64,000 nt of DNA from an uncultured cyanobacterium. Its GTDB lineage: Bacteria > Cyanobacteriota > Cyanobacteriia > Phormidesmidales > Phormidesmidaceae. Under the pieces are notes generated by a model, which was given only the letters and a program-made list of their open reading frames with translations, was not told the origin of the DNA and searched no databases. Location of the stretch: NCBI GenBank assembly GCA_963793265.1, contig CAWBZI010000004.1:544001-608000 (forward strand). The letters are read 5' to 3'. Each line of letters begins with the position of its first letter. Within the stretch, counting starts at the first letter, position 1. Below are positions 31,613 to 41,946 of this stretch, piece after piece. The position numbers were made by a program, and so were the translations under genes.

Positions 31613-32233
31613 ATGGCGATTCTTGCATCTGTAAAAACACGAGTATTGCCCGTTGTCGAAACCTTTCATTCGGTTCAAGGTGAAGGCTTTTGGGCGGGCT
31701 CCAATGCTTTTTTTATTCGACTAGCAGGCTGTGATGTCGGCTGCCCCTGGTGCGATACGAAGCATTCTTGGCCGATGGATAAGCATCCTAAGCATGAGCT
31801 GAGTGATCTAGTCGCTGCCGCCCTGCGCCTAAAACCTTCTATGGTGGTCATTACTGGTGGAGAGCCTTTAATGCACGACCTTACAGATTTAACGATGGCG
31901 CTACACGGCGCGGGCCTTAGCGTACATTTAGAAACGTCAGGGGCTCACCCGTTGAGCGGTCAGTTTGACTGGATTACGCTCTCGCCCAAACGGTATAAGC
32001 CGCCTTTAGAGGCGATCTATCGCTATGCTGACGAGCTAAAAGTGGTGGTGGGCGATCGCACTGATATCGACTGGGCTGAGCAAGTCGCCCAAAAAGCACC
32101 GGCTAAAGTTATAAAAATGTTACAGCCTCGGTGGGAAAGTAAGGTCGGGCAGCAGATAGTCTTTGAATATGTGTTATCTAATCCTGAATGGCGGGTGGGC
32201 TTGCAGACCCATAAGTTTTTAGGGGTAAGATAG
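31613..32233 (+). CDS. queE: 7-carboxy-7-deazaguanine synthase (radical SAM)
   Basis: SVQGEG, CxxxCxxC (CDVGCPWC), ITGGEP, LQTHK. Confidence 0.95.
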   Translation: MAILASVKTRVLPVVETFHSVQGEGFWAGSNAFFIRLAGCDVGCPWCDTKHSWPMDKHPKHELSDLVAAALRLKPSMVVITGGEPLMHDLTDLTMALHGAGLSVHLETSGAHPLSGQFDWITLSPKRYKPPLEAIYRYADELKVVVGDRTDIDWAEQVAQKAPAKVIKMLQPRWESKVGQQIVFEYVLSNPEWRVGLQTHKFLGVR

Positions 32234-32240
32234 CAAAAGT

Positions 32241-33017
32241 ATGGAAAATCAATCAGTTGATACACCGAACAGTCGTTTGCAGGCTAGTCAAAATGACGAG
32301 CTAAAGGCTAAGGCGATCGTGTTGCTCTCAGGCGGATTAGATTCGGCAACCTGTGCTGCTCAGGCGATCGCTGACGGCTATCAGGTAGTCGCGCTTTCGT
32401 TTGACTACGGCCAGCGTCACGATAAAGAACTCTCTGCGGCCAGAGAAATCTCTCAGCATCTTGGGATCACTCGCCACCACGTCATTTCAATTGACCTAGC
32501 GCAGTGGGGTGGCTCATCTCTAACAGACGAAGACGTGCCCCTGCCGACCGATGGCCTCGATGCTGGTAGAATCCCTTCAACCTATGTGCCAGGGCGAAAT
32601 ACAGTTTTCATTGCGATCGCCCTATCTCTGGCTGAAGCCCAATCTGCCGAAGCCATCTACCTCGGGATCAACGCCGTAGACTACTCAGGCTATCCCGACT
32701 GCCGCCCCGAATACCTGGCCGCTTTTCAAAATCTGGCTACGCTCTCTTCTAAAGCTGGCCTGGAAGGCCGCGCGCCTGATTTGGTAGCGCCTTTGGTCAT
32801 GGATTCTAAAACCGACATTGTGCACCGGGCGCTACGGCTAGGCGTGCCGATCGAAAAAACCTGGTCGTGCTACAAAGGAGGCGCTGAACCCTGCGGACTG
32901 TGTGACTCTTGTCGAATTCGCGATGCTGCCTTGATCGGCGCAGGCAGAGAAGATTTGGCGACAGCCGTTGGGCGAGCCGCGCTTGCTTCAGGCTCGTATT
33001 TGGCTGATCATATCTAA
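32241..33017 (+). CDS. queC: 7-cyano-7-deazaguanine synthase
   Basis: SGGLDS, YGQRH, YVPGRN, GYPDCR, TWSCY, CGLCDSC. Confidence 0.97.
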   Translation: MENQSVDTPNSRLQASQNDELKAKAIVLLSGGLDSATCAAQAIADGYQVVALSFDYGQRHDKELSAAREISQHLGITRHHVISIDLAQWGGSSLTDEDVPLPTDGLDAGRIPSTYVPGRNTVFIAIALSLAEAQSAEAIYLGINAVDYSGYPDCRPEYLAAFQNLATLSSKAGLEGRAPDLVAPLVMDSKTDIVHRALRLGVPIEKTWSCYKGGAEPCGLCDSCRIRDAALIGAGREDLATAVGRAALASGSYLADHI

Positions 33018-33031
33018 GCCGATTGTATTTA

Positions 33032-33104
33032 AGCCGATGAGCGGACTCGAACCGCTGACCTACTCATTACGAATGAGTTGCTCTACCAACTGAGCTACAT
33101 CGGC
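33032..33104 (-). tRNA. trnT: tRNA-Thr (anticodon CGT)
   Basis: Reverse complement GCCGATGTAGCTCAGTTGGTAGAGCAACTCATTCGTAATGAGTAGGTCAGCGGTTCGAGTCCGCTCATCGGC folds as a cloverleaf with anticodon loop TT-CGT-AA; CCA not encoded. Confidence 0.97.
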
Positions 33105-33197
33105 GACTGACTATAAATTATATTATCTCAAAGCCACGACCTGTCACACACAACCTGTCACAATTGAAGCGTAGGATATTACGAATTGAAGGCGGTT

Positions 33198-33542
33198 ATG
33201 CCAAAGGGTCAGTCAGTAAACAAGTCAGCCGGACGAAAGGCGGATAAGAAGGGTAAGAACAAAGGAAAGGATACGCCAAATCGTAGGCCACCGAGCGGTA
33301 TGAGCCAGGCTCGCTACGACAAATTGGTTCAAGAATCGCAGGCTCCCTATAAGGGGCTGCGCAAGTTTTTCTATGCCTCGTTTGGCGCGTCAGGGGCGAT
33401 TGGCGGCTTTGTTTTCTTTGCCCAAGTGCTCTCGGGTCGCGATGTGGCCCAGGCACTGCCAAATCTGGCTCTACAGATTGGCGTGGTTGCGCTTATGGTT
33501 TTTCTATTCCGCTGGGAAGATAGAAACAAGGAAGACAGCTAG
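33198..33542 (+). CDS. DUF3493-like small membrane protein
   Basis: E-x-x-APYKGLRKFFYASFGASG followed by two TMs. Confidence 0.8.
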   Translation: MPKGQSVNKSAGRKADKKGKNKGKDTPNRRPPSGMSQARYDKLVQESQAPYKGLRKFFYASFGASGAIGGFVFFAQVLSGRDVAQALPNLALQIGVVALMVFLFRWEDRNKEDS

Positions 33543-33567
33543 TGCCTATGACAGTCTGTGACAACTG

Positions 33568-34164
33568 ATGGCGATTGATCCTGCTAGCAAAAATCCGGTG
33601 GTGCTCGTCCACGGCATTTGGAACACCGCTGGCATCTTTTCTCCTCTGCGAGCCTATTTAGAAGGCTCTGGCTGGCCTGTACATGCGCTGAGCATGACGC
33701 CTAACAATGGCGATGCGCCTTTAGAGGTGCTAGCTGAGCAGGTCGCTTCGTTTGTAGCTGACCGTATAGACCCGCGTCAGCCGTTTGATCTGGTGGGCTT
33801 TAGCATGGGCGGACTGATTAGCCGGTACTATGTGCAGCGGCTAGGGGGCTTAAGCCGAGTAGAGCGGTTTGTCACCGTTTCAGCACCGCACCAGGGCACG
33901 ATATTGGGTTCATTTAGCCGTCGCTATGGTATCCGGCAAATGCGGCCCGGCAGTCCGTTTATAAAAGCCCTTAATCAAGACATTCACCAGCTCCAAGCGC
34001 TGAAGTTTTTTTCACTGTGGACGCCGTTTGATCTGCTCATTTTGCCGCCGTGGAGTTCTAATCTATCGATGGCTGTATCGCAACGGCTGACGGTTCGCGC
34101 GCATAATCAGATGATTTGTGATCCTAAAGGGCTAGGAGCGATCGCAACCTGCCTATCTACCTAG
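33568..34164 (+). CDS. Alpha/beta-hydrolase, lipase-like
   Basis: PVVLVHG, GFSMGG nucleophile elbow, PHQGT, D and H catalytic residues near the C-terminus. Confidence 0.9.
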   Translation: MAIDPASKNPVVLVHGIWNTAGIFSPLRAYLEGSGWPVHALSMTPNNGDAPLEVLAEQVASFVADRIDPRQPFDLVGFSMGGLISRYYVQRLGGLSRVERFVTVSAPHQGTILGSFSRRYGIRQMRPGSPFIKALNQDIHQLQALKFFSLWTPFDLLILPPWSSNLSMAVSQRLTVRAHNQMICDPKGLGAIATCLST

Positions 34165-34190
34165 TCCCTATCTAACTAGCTTCTATTCAC

Positions 34191-34622
34191 CTAAGCGCTT
34201 GTGTCTCCTACTTTGGAGTACTGCACCTCGCCAAACACAGCGCTGGGGTAGGCGTAGTATTTGAATTCCAGCAGGTTGTAGAACGGATCTTGCAAGAAAA
34301 AGGTGCGGTGTTCGATGCGATCGCCCTTAAACCGATGCTTTGGCTGCTGATAGAACGTCAGTTCATGCTGCTTTGCTCTATCTAGCGCCGCCTCCCACTC
34401 AGCCTCCGTCTCAAACGTCAGCCCGAAATGACTTGGATAAATCCCCTTTTGCGGCACAATCGGCTCAGTCACCACATGCGCCACTAGCTGATGCCCGCTC
34501 AGGTTCAAAATCAGTGACCCCTTACTTTCCCGGCCTACCTCGCAGCCCAAACCCTCCACATAAAACTGCTTCGTCTCGGCAAGGTTTTCTACCGCAAAAG
34601 AAAGGTGAAAGATAGCGCTCAT
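34191..34622 (-). CDS. VOC/glyoxalase family protein
   Basis: FHLSF, HQLVAH, HFG, FLQDPFYNLLEFK. Confidence 0.9.
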   Translation of the reverse strand: MSAIFHLSFAVENLAETKQFYVEGLGCEVGRESKGSLILNLSGHQLVAHVVTEPIVPQKGIYPSHFGLTFETEAEWEAALDRAKQHELTFYQQPKHRFKGDRIEHRTFFLQDPFYNLLEFKYYAYPSAVFGEVQYSKVGDTSA

Positions 34623-34841
34623 AGATAAAAGTTGTGATACTCATAACACTTCATCAGTTTGTCGCCGCGATGAGTTGCTTTTTGTAGTAAGCGCTACAGC
34701 CAGAATCATAGATATCCGAGTAAATCTGGATAGGCATAGATCTTCTTGGCGAGCCAAGCTGAGAAGGTAGACATATTTTACAATATGTTTTTGCTCAAAG
34801 CCTTGTAATCCATACTCTAGAGACACGCTAGAGACGCTTTT

Positions 34842-35087
34842 ATGTCAATTTATGTTGGAAACCTGTCCTTTGATGCCACTCAAGAGGATATTAATCAGGT
34901 CTTTGCTGAGTACGGTTCGGTAAAGTCCGTTAAGCTGCCCACCGATCGCGAGACAGGTCGCGTGAGAGGATTTGCCTTTGTTGAGATGGGAGCAGAATCC
35001 GAAGAGCAAGCGGCTATCGATGCACTAGATGGTGCCGAATGGATGGGGCGTACGCTCAAAGTAAATAAGGCCAGACCCCGTACTTAA
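34842..35087 (+). CDS. rbp: RRM RNA-binding protein (cyanobacterial Rbp, no Gly-rich tail)
   Basis: RNP2 IYVGNL, RNP1 RGFAFVEM, WMGRTLKVNKA. Confidence 0.96.
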   Translation: MSIYVGNLSFDATQEDINQVFAEYGSVKSVKLPTDRETGRVRGFAFVEMGAESEEQAAIDALDGAEWMGRTLKVNKARPRT

Positions 35088-35199
35088 ACCGCCCAGCAGC
35101 GTCCAATAGCCCCTCCATTGTCTTATTTTGCTAGTGAAAAATCAATAACAAAGTGCATCTAGGGCTTCGCTTTACGAACCTCCCTTTGTTTATATGTTT

Positions 35200-35245
35200 G
35201 ATAGGCCCTCGCTGATACATGCAAGATCAGTGAGGGCCTATCTTT
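35200..35245 (+). terminator. Long hairpin after rbp
   Basis: GATAGGCCCTCGCTGAT / ATCAGTGAGGGCCTATC inverted repeat followed by TTT. Confidence 0.7.
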
Positions 35246-35495
35246 GTGCGTAGTTTTCACGCGTAGTTCTTATAAGTAGCTTCTATATATAGTTTTAGTG
35301 TCTCAGGTTGTTTGCCGACACTTCCCCAAACAGGCAGCGTCTAATCTACTAATTGCCCTGCCCCTTCAAGCAATATGGGAAGCCTAAGCGCAGCCTGCAC
35401 AAGTGATTGAGTCACCGCATTAAGTCACAGCAAATAGCCTTGGGGTTCTAAACCTAATTTGTGACCTTGCCCTTCTTAGAAAAAACTTAAATATT

Positions 35496-36962
35496 TTGAA
35501 GCTTACTCCAAAGCAGAAAGCACAGCTCAACCGGCCAAGGCCCTTCTTATTTCTAATCATCATAGGTATCTTTAGCTTGCCGTGGCTGTTGCTGTTTCGT
35601 AACGGCGTAAAGTCTCGTCAGCAGCAGTCAGAAATGGCGGTTCGTTCGGACACCTTTTTTGCTCAGGTTGACACCTACCAGCGCAATGCTGCCGCTGAAC
35701 AGTTCGACAGACTCGGGGCCGATTTGGGATTTGCGCCCAACGATCCCCGCAATCTTGTATTCCGAATAGATCTTGAGGCAGAAGCAGACTACAGATCTAT
35801 CGAGCGTTCTTTGGATAGCTTTCTCAAAAAGCAAGCGGCTAAGCCATCTGGCCCTTTAGATCCCCTCCCACCCGCGCTCTCTCGTTATCTTGCCAGCAGC
35901 CAGCCTAAGCTCACAGCGATTCGGGCTCACCTGTTACAGAGTCCATCGCCTCAGTGGGAGATAGACATCGAGCAGATGTCGGCGCAAAACTATCCTTTTG
36001 CGGGGCTGGTGAACACAGCCAATACTCAAAAGCTCTTGTTGCTCTCTGCCATTGACTATCAGGCGCGCAACCAGCCAGACCAAATGCTAATGGCGCTCGA
36101 AGCCTCCTGGCAGCTAAATCAAGCCATTACCCAGCGCCCTGATCTGGTATCTCAAATCTCTGCTTCAGTGATCTCTAGCTATCAGGCAGGCATCTTAAGG
36201 CATCTTGATAATATTTCGGTGCAGTGGCAAAGCCGCCTGAATCAACAGGCCCAGCAGCAGTCTGTTATTCACGGCCTTGAGTTCGACGTTTGGCTTCAGT
36301 ACACCGTGCTTAGCAAGCTTCTATTGCCGGTCATAGAAGGCACGGCCAGCAGCTCGCCCAATCCTTCTCATACTCAGGGCTCACTGCTTTCAACTAAGCC
36401 CTTTGGCCAGCTACCTAACAAGCTACCCAAGAGGCTTTCATACTGGTTTTCTCCTGTTCACTACTTCAACCTCACTAATATTGACACTGCTCAAACCGCG
36501 CACAGAGCGCTCAGCCTGCTGCAAGATCTCGATGTGTGCTCAACGACTCAGCAGCAGGCCGAAGCGATATTGATGAAGGAGCAAACAGCGCGGTGGAATG
36601 AAGCCGTTGCTCCGGTGCCAGCCGTGCTAGCAAAGCGATGGAAGGTGATGGGCGATCGCGCACTCGCCTTAGAACTCACCCAAAAAGTGTTGCAGGCAAA
36701 ACAGTTCTTGCAAGCAGCCGAACAGGGGCCAGAAGAACGGCCAGAAGAACGGCCAGAAGAACGGCCAGAAGAAGGGTCAGAGGAATGGCTGGAATGGCCA
36801 AAGCGTTTGCCTGAACTCACCTCTGAGGTTTGTCCAGAAGAGTCTTGGATCTATGAGCGCACCTCAGATAATGCGATCGCCCTTTCTCTAAGCACTCAAC
36901 TGATCCCCGAACCCACTATCCCGCTCCACTACAAGTTCGATCCAAAGAAAAACTCTGAATAA
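35496..36962 (+). CDS. Hypothetical membrane-anchored protein
   Basis: 488-aa TTG-start ORF; N-terminal TM; EERP tandem repeat (12-bp unit) near 36729-36775. Confidence 0.75.
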   Translation: MKLTPKQKAQLNRPRPFLFLIIIGIFSLPWLLLFRNGVKSRQQQSEMAVRSDTFFAQVDTYQRNAAAEQFDRLGADLGFAPNDPRNLVFRIDLEAEADYRSIERSLDSFLKKQAAKPSGPLDPLPPALSRYLASSQPKLTAIRAHLLQSPSPQWEIDIEQMSAQNYPFAGLVNTANTQKLLLLSAIDYQARNQPDQMLMALEASWQLNQAITQRPDLVSQISASVISSYQAGILRHLDNISVQWQSRLNQQAQQQSVIHGLEFDVWLQYTVLSKLLLPVIEGTASSSPNPSHTQGSLLSTKPFGQLPNKLPKRLSYWFSPVHYFNLTNIDTAQTAHRALSLLQDLDVCSTTQQQAEAILMKEQTARWNEAVAPVPAVLAKRWKVMGDRALALELTQKVLQAKQFLQAAEQGPEERPEERPEERPEEGSEEWLEWPKRLPELTSEVCPEESWIYERTSDNAIALSLSTQLIPEPTIPLHYKFDPKKNSE

Positions 36963-37034
36963 GCCGTAGCCTATTCAGAGTCGAAGTTATTTATTTAGCA
37001 TTCAAAACAAGAGCGTTTCAAAACAACTACTTGC

Positions 37035-37745
37035 TCAACCCACTGACTTGATAGCCTTCTCAGAAATGCTGTAAGTCCCGCCCCGTCCCCGGAACCAGTC
37101 ACCGTCACGAGCACCTGCGGAGAGAATATTGGAAACTCGGTTGCGTGCTTTTAGAAAATGAGTTTTGGGCATATCTTCTTTGAAAACAGCACTCATCACA
37201 TCTGCGATTTTGAAGATGTTGTTGGGCTGCGCTTGCAAAACGCCAACAATAACGTCAGGCAAAGGAGCCTTGCTATAGCTGTCTTGAACGTACTTTTGCC
37301 AGTTAGCTGTTCTGCCACTACGCTTAGTCGTAGCAGTGGTCTTTTCACTCGCTGCGCTCTTGGCTTTAGCAGGACGACCGCGAGAGGCTTTTACTTTCGT
37401 TGTCTTTTCTTTCGTCGCCTTTTCAACCTTAGTTTTTGCAGCGGCTTTCGTCGCTTTAGCTTTCGTTGTGGTTCTAGCTGCCTTAGCACTCTTGGTTTCG
37501 GCTGCTGTCGATTTGGCTTTGGCTGCTGTCTTTTTAGGCGTGCTTTTAGCCGAGGTTTTAGCCGAGGTTTTGGCGATCGCTGCGATATCAGCAGCCGGTA
37601 CATCACCCGATTCAAACATCGCTAGAACAGTTTGAATGCCATTACGCTTTTCTTGTAGCGCAATAAGCTGAGCTTCTAGCGTACTAGCCTGTGCCGATAG
37701 CGCAGAGTCAACTTCCAATAGCTGTGGCAAAACAGATATAGACAT
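37035..37745 (-). CDS. Putative DNA-binding protein: coiled coil + Lys/Ala/Thr-rich linker + conserved C-terminal domain (paralog A)
   Basis: 236 aa; AGGAG ribosome-binding site upstream; C-terminal 83 aa align ungapped with 39901..40482. Confidence 0.85.
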   Translation of the reverse strand: MSISVLPQLLEVDSALSAQASTLEAQLIALQEKRNGIQTVLAMFESGDVPAADIAAIAKTSAKTSAKSTPKKTAAKAKSTAAETKSAKAARTTTKAKATKAAAKTKVEKATKEKTTKVKASRGRPAKAKSAASEKTTATTKRSGRTANWQKYVQDSYSKAPLPDVIVGVLQAQPNNIFKIADVMSAVFKEDMPKTHFLKARNRVSNILSAGARDGDWFRGRGGTYSISEKAIKSVG

Positions 37746-38145
37746 ATTCGATTTTCTCCTTATTTACTTTAGAGTCCTTGTTTTACTTTAGAAAGGTTAG
37801 CCCTCACCGCACAAAAGCGGAGAATTTACCTAACAATGCTTCTAGACAAAAATATCTCTTCTGAGAATAACACTATTTAAACGGTTTCTTCTTCTTAATC
37901 AAGACTTTTCCTAATTTTTACCGAAAATCCATCGAGATCCGAAACAGAGCTGCCGATGTATAAACGTCTGCTAATGCTAATTTGACAACGGAGAGGCAGC
38001 TTTTCTCTTTGTAGAGGAATAGTTTCAAAGTAGAGGAATAGTTTCAAAAGAAAAGACGCTAGTAGTGAGAATATGCCTGATTCCTACTTATCATTCGTAA
38101 AGACGAGCTTCTTCTAGTAAGTATAGATGTGAGCAAGATCGCTCA

Positions 38146-38787
38146 TCATGTGCGATCTGAGTTTGTCTTGTCTAAAACGGGGCAATCCTCCGTTGAGCTA
38201 CGAGAAGATAGAGATCTAGGCCCGTACTTAATAATCAAAAAAAGAACGACCAGGAAAAGTAGCCCGGCAGCTAGCCACACTCGAATAGCGTCAGCGGGCC
38301 AAAGTAGAAGAAGACTTAACCCAACGGCATTCGCAATCAGAACAGGTCTTCTCTCATAAATCCCAAAGCTTGTGATAGCAGGCACTTCACTCGGAGACAG
38401 TTGTACTTTTGCCAGTAGATTAAACCAGACTTGGCTAGCAATCACTACCACAGCTCCCGCCTGAGGAAACAACAGCGCCGTATATAATCCTGTTGCTTCT
38501 AGAACAATAGTACTAGCAGCGACCTTGTAAAACAGGCCGAGGCGAGGGTCTTCTGTGCCCTCTTCTATAAGTTGATTTGAAAGTTGATTTGAAACTGTCA
38601 AAATATTTTTCAAATCAACGTAGGCCATATAGGCTGTCTCTGGGCAAAACAGGGCCAGTGCAATAACTATCAGCCGCTCGGCTATCGTATGGACTGTGAC
38701 TGTTTTAACAAGCAGCAGCAGTCCGGCAGGAACAAACAGCAGTGGAATAAATGACGCTAGCAGCACTTGAAAGGGTGATATCAGCAA
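38146..38787 (-). CDS. Hypothetical polytopic membrane protein
   Basis: 213 aa with about six hydrophobic segments. Confidence 0.75.
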   Translation of the reverse strand: MLISPFQVLLASFIPLLFVPAGLLLLVKTVTVHTIAERLIVIALALFCPETAYMAYVDLKNILTVSNQLSNQLIEEGTEDPRLGLFYKVAASTIVLEATGLYTALLFPQAGAVVVIASQVWFNLLAKVQLSPSEVPAITSFGIYERRPVLIANAVGLSLLLLWPADAIRVWLAAGLLFLVVLFLIIKYGPRSLSSRSSTEDCPVLDKTNSDRT

Positions 38788-38883
38788 AGCGGGCCCTTTT
38801 TACCTACGTTTGTATTTATGTTGAGATCATACCAAGCCAGGCGATACTACTTTGGAACACTGCTGGTTGAACTTAAGGCTGCT

Positions 38884-39744
38884 ATGACTTCCTCTCGACG
38901 CTACATCCTTACCCTCTCCTGTCCTGATCGCGTTGGTGTAGTAGCAGCGGTCAGCTCGCTAATAGCGGCTAACGGTGGCTGGATTAGTGAGGCGCAGCAC
39001 CATTCAGAGCGGTCGGGTCAGCGGTTCTTTATGCGTCAGGAGATTTTGACAGACTCTCTTCCTTTTGATTTGAAAGAGCTGCGACGGCGGTTTTCTCCTA
39101 TTGCCGAGCAGTTTGATATGGACTGGGCTATCCGCGATTCTGCGCAAAAGAAACGAGTGGCAATATTAGTGTCTAAGAGCGGTCATTGTCTGTACGATCT
39201 CCTTTCTCGGTGGCGTGCTCAGGAGCTAGAGATAGAGATTGCCTGTGTGATCTCTAATCACAATTTATTCCGAGGCTTGGTCGAGTGGCACGACATTCCT
39301 TACTTTTGTGTTCCGGTGACGCCAGATACTAAGGTGGCGGCTTACAAAAAGGTTGTTAGTCACTTTGAGGAAGTGCGAGGGGATGTGATGGTACTGGCGC
39401 GATATATGCAGATTTTGTCTAAAGAGGTGTGCGATCGCTACCCAGGTCAAATTATTAACATTCACCATTCCTTCCTCCCTTCTTTTATTGGTGCTAAACC
39501 TTACCATCAGGCTTACGAACGCGGCGTAAAGCTGATTGGAGCCACCTGCCACTATGTCACTCAAGATCTCGACTGCGGCCCAATCATCGACCAAGACGTG
39601 CTGCGTATCGATCATTCTGACTCTCCAGAAGACTTGGTTCGCTTTGGTAAAGACATTGAGAAAACAGTTTTAGCCAGAGGGTTGCGCTATCACATTGAGG
39701 ATCGGGTGCTGCTGCACGAGCACAAAACGATTGTGTTTCGCTAG
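38884..39744 (+). CDS. purU: Formyltetrahydrofolate deformylase
   Basis: N-terminal ACT domain (CPDRVGVVA), LARYMQILS, INIHHSFLP, GVKLIGATCHYVT, LDCGPII. Confidence 0.97.
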   Translation: MTSSRRYILTLSCPDRVGVVAAVSSLIAANGGWISEAQHHSERSGQRFFMRQEILTDSLPFDLKELRRRFSPIAEQFDMDWAIRDSAQKKRVAILVSKSGHCLYDLLSRWRAQELEIEIACVISNHNLFRGLVEWHDIPYFCVPVTPDTKVAAYKKVVSHFEEVRGDVMVLARYMQILSKEVCDRYPGQIINIHHSFLPSFIGAKPYHQAYERGVKLIGATCHYVTQDLDCGPIIDQDVLRIDHSDSPEDLVRFGKDIEKTVLARGLRYHIEDRVLLHEHKTIVFR

Positions 39745-39900
39745 CTGAGTATTCCTAAGGCCAAAAGAAGACCCATGATATTTTTGTTGCAAGACTTGTT
39801 GATGGAAGTAAACAACGGGCACAGAAGACGCTACACTCTCTTTGTGCAACTGTCATAAGCACAAAGAATAGGGAAGTTTTGTAATGAGGATTTTTGAAAA

Positions 39901-40482
39901 ATGAGCGATCCTGCTTTTTCCCAACTCGTTGCTGTTGAGAGCGATTTGTCTCAACAGGTTGAGAGTTTAGAATCTGAGCTAGCCAGAATAAGGGAGCGAC
40001 GCAGCGGGCTGCGAACTGTTATTGATATGTTTGAGGATGCTGACGGCGAGCCTGTCGCGTTGTCTGCAAAGAAAACAGCTGCTAAAAAGACAGCCACTAA
40101 GAAAGCGCCAACGGCAGAAGATGCCAAAGCGCCCGCTAAGACATCAAAAGCAACCGCCGCTAAAAAGGTCGATAAAAAGCCAGCTAGAACAAAGAAGAAG
40201 GACGGAAGAGCTGCCGACTGGCAGAAGTATGTTCAGTCTGACTACAAAGATTTGCCGCTGCCTGAGGCTGTCAGCAGCGTTTTGCGCTCTGCACCCTCAG
40301 AGATTTTCACGATTGCAGATGTGATGTCTTCTATCTTTACTGAGAGTATGCCACGTACGTCTTACCTCAAAGCTCGCAACCGCATCTCTAATATCTTGTC
40401 GGCGGGTGCTCGTGATGGCACCTGGTACCGAGGCCGTAACGGTCGATATTCTCAGTCGCAAAGCGTAGAGAAAATGAAGTAG
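39901..40482 (+). CDS. Putative DNA-binding protein, paralog B of 37035..37745
   Basis: 193 aa; same three-part architecture; GAGGA upstream; followed by a terminator. Confidence 0.85.
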   Translation: MSDPAFSQLVAVESDLSQQVESLESELARIRERRSGLRTVIDMFEDADGEPVALSAKKTAAKKTATKKAPTAEDAKAPAKTSKATAAKKVDKKPARTKKKDGRAADWQKYVQSDYKDLPLPEAVSSVLRSAPSEIFTIADVMSSIFTESMPRTSYLKARNRISNILSAGARDGTWYRGRNGRYSQSQSVEKMK

Positions 40483-40496
40483 AAAGGGCTGAAAAG

Positions 40497-40537
40497 AAAA
40501 AGAGGAGCCGTTCTAGAGATAGGGCGGCTCCTTTTTT
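40497..40537. terminator. Intrinsic terminator with A and T tails
   Basis: AAAAAGAGGAGCCG...CGGCTCCTTTTTT. Confidence 0.85.
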
Positions 40538-40627
40538 GCGCCTGTGCGTTGTTTGTTGTTGCGCGGCGTGGCTGCGTCGAACATAATTTGAGGGCAAAGC
40601 TTATGTACCGAGAGATTGTATTGAGAG

Positions 40628-41407
40628 ATGTCTTTAGAAAATTCTTGGATAGTGGCGGCGGCTATCAATACGGTTTTGATTGCGATCGCCCTAATCTTGC
40701 CTAAAAAGCTGCTGACCCCGGCAGGCTATGCCAATGCCTGGCTACTAGGCGTGATTGTGTGGGGTGCGCTCGGCCCGCCTGCCTATGCCACCGTGCTGTT
40801 TTACTTTTTTGTCGGTTCAGCCGTCACTAAAATAGGGATGGCCGAAAAGGAGGCTTACGGTATTGCTGAAGCGCGTGGGGGCGTGCGTGGCCCTGGAAAT
40901 GTGTGGGGCTCAGCACTTACCGGGGCGCTGTGTGCTCTAGGCGCAGCGATGGCTGGCTGGCTCTACCCGGTGAGTCCGGCGCTGCTGCTGTGGCAGTCTG
41001 TACTGGCGCTGGGCTTTGTAGCTTCGCTGAGTACTAAGCTCTCAGATACAACGGCGACTGAGATTGGTAAAGCCTACGGTCAGCGAACCTATTTGATTAC
41101 GACCTTGCAGGCTGTGCCGAGAGGAACGGAGGGTGCGGTTAGCTTGGAGGGTACTCTAGCAGGCGTGGTGGGGTCAGTCGCTTTAGCGCTGGTGGCCTGG
41201 GCCGTGGGTTTGATTTCGCTGGTAGGAGTAGGGATTTGTGCGATCGCTGCTTTTGGCGCAACGACCGTTGAAAGCCTAATCGGAGCCACCGTTGAAGAAA
41301 AGCTGGACTGGCTGACGCATGATCTGGTGAATATTATCAATACGACCGTGGGCGCTGCGATCGCAATCGGCTTGGGCTGGTTGCTGTCTACCTGGCCGAC
41401 AGTCTAA
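40628..41407 (+). CDS. DUF92 / TIGR00297 family membrane protein
   Basis: RGPGNVWGS, KLSDTTATEIGK, GTEGAVSLEGT, ESLIGA, VNIINT. Confidence 0.9.
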   Translation: MSLENSWIVAAAINTVLIAIALILPKKLLTPAGYANAWLLGVIVWGALGPPAYATVLFYFFVGSAVTKIGMAEKEAYGIAEARGGVRGPGNVWGSALTGALCALGAAMAGWLYPVSPALLLWQSVLALGFVASLSTKLSDTTATEIGKAYGQRTYLITTLQAVPRGTEGAVSLEGTLAGVVGSVALALVAWAVGLISLVGVGICAIAAFGATTVESLIGATVEEKLDWLTHDLVNIINTTVGAAIAIGLGWLLSTWPTV

Positions 41408-41446
41408 GCCGACAGTCTAAGCCGACAGTCTAAGCCGACAGTCTAA
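41395..41446. repeat. Tandem 13-bp repeat (GCCGACAGTCTAA) x4
   Basis: Read directly; the first copy contains the TAA stop of the DUF92 gene. Confidence 0.95.
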
Positions 41447-41946
41447 TAGGACACCTTACTTAAATGACTTATCAGGCATCTTTACGAAACGTTAAACTCG
41501 TTCACAGATATTCTTAGCTACGGACAACAGTACTCCGTAGTGCTCTAAGTATTCTTTAAGCATTTTTTCAGGAGACGTTACTTCTTTTATAACCAGTTTG
41601 TAGCCTAGAAGGCAAAAGTACGGCCTAGACTCGCCTGAACACCGCAGAAACCGGCTTTTTTGCTTAGTTTTTGCTTAAGATTTTGTGCGAAAGAGATATA
41701 CCTTTAGAGAGAGAATTTTGTAGGCTTTTCTTAAAAAACCATATAAAATGTAACCATACACAGCTTAAACAAGTCAGTATAATCTTTACACCAGAAGGGC
41801 TCATGCCCTTTTAGTCTCACTTACTTGAGTGCTACTCAAGCCCTGAGAAAACTGGCAGCACGAAGCTAGATTTGTTACTTCACGGCTGGCTGCTTCACGA
41901 AAGTTTCACAAAAAATAAAAATAAAACCTTAAAGAGCCCCCACCCA

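Noticed and set aside
31132..33104. queDEC beside a tRNA as a 7-deazaguanine DNA-modification (dpd) island
   Set aside because: No dpdA/tgt-like gene, integrase or att duplication beyond a 9-bp stutter; ordinary queuosine biosynthesis is sufficient.
37158..37635. Antisense ORFs of 155 and 99 aa
   Set aside because: Shadow frames of the low-complexity Lys/Ala-rich gene on the opposite strand.
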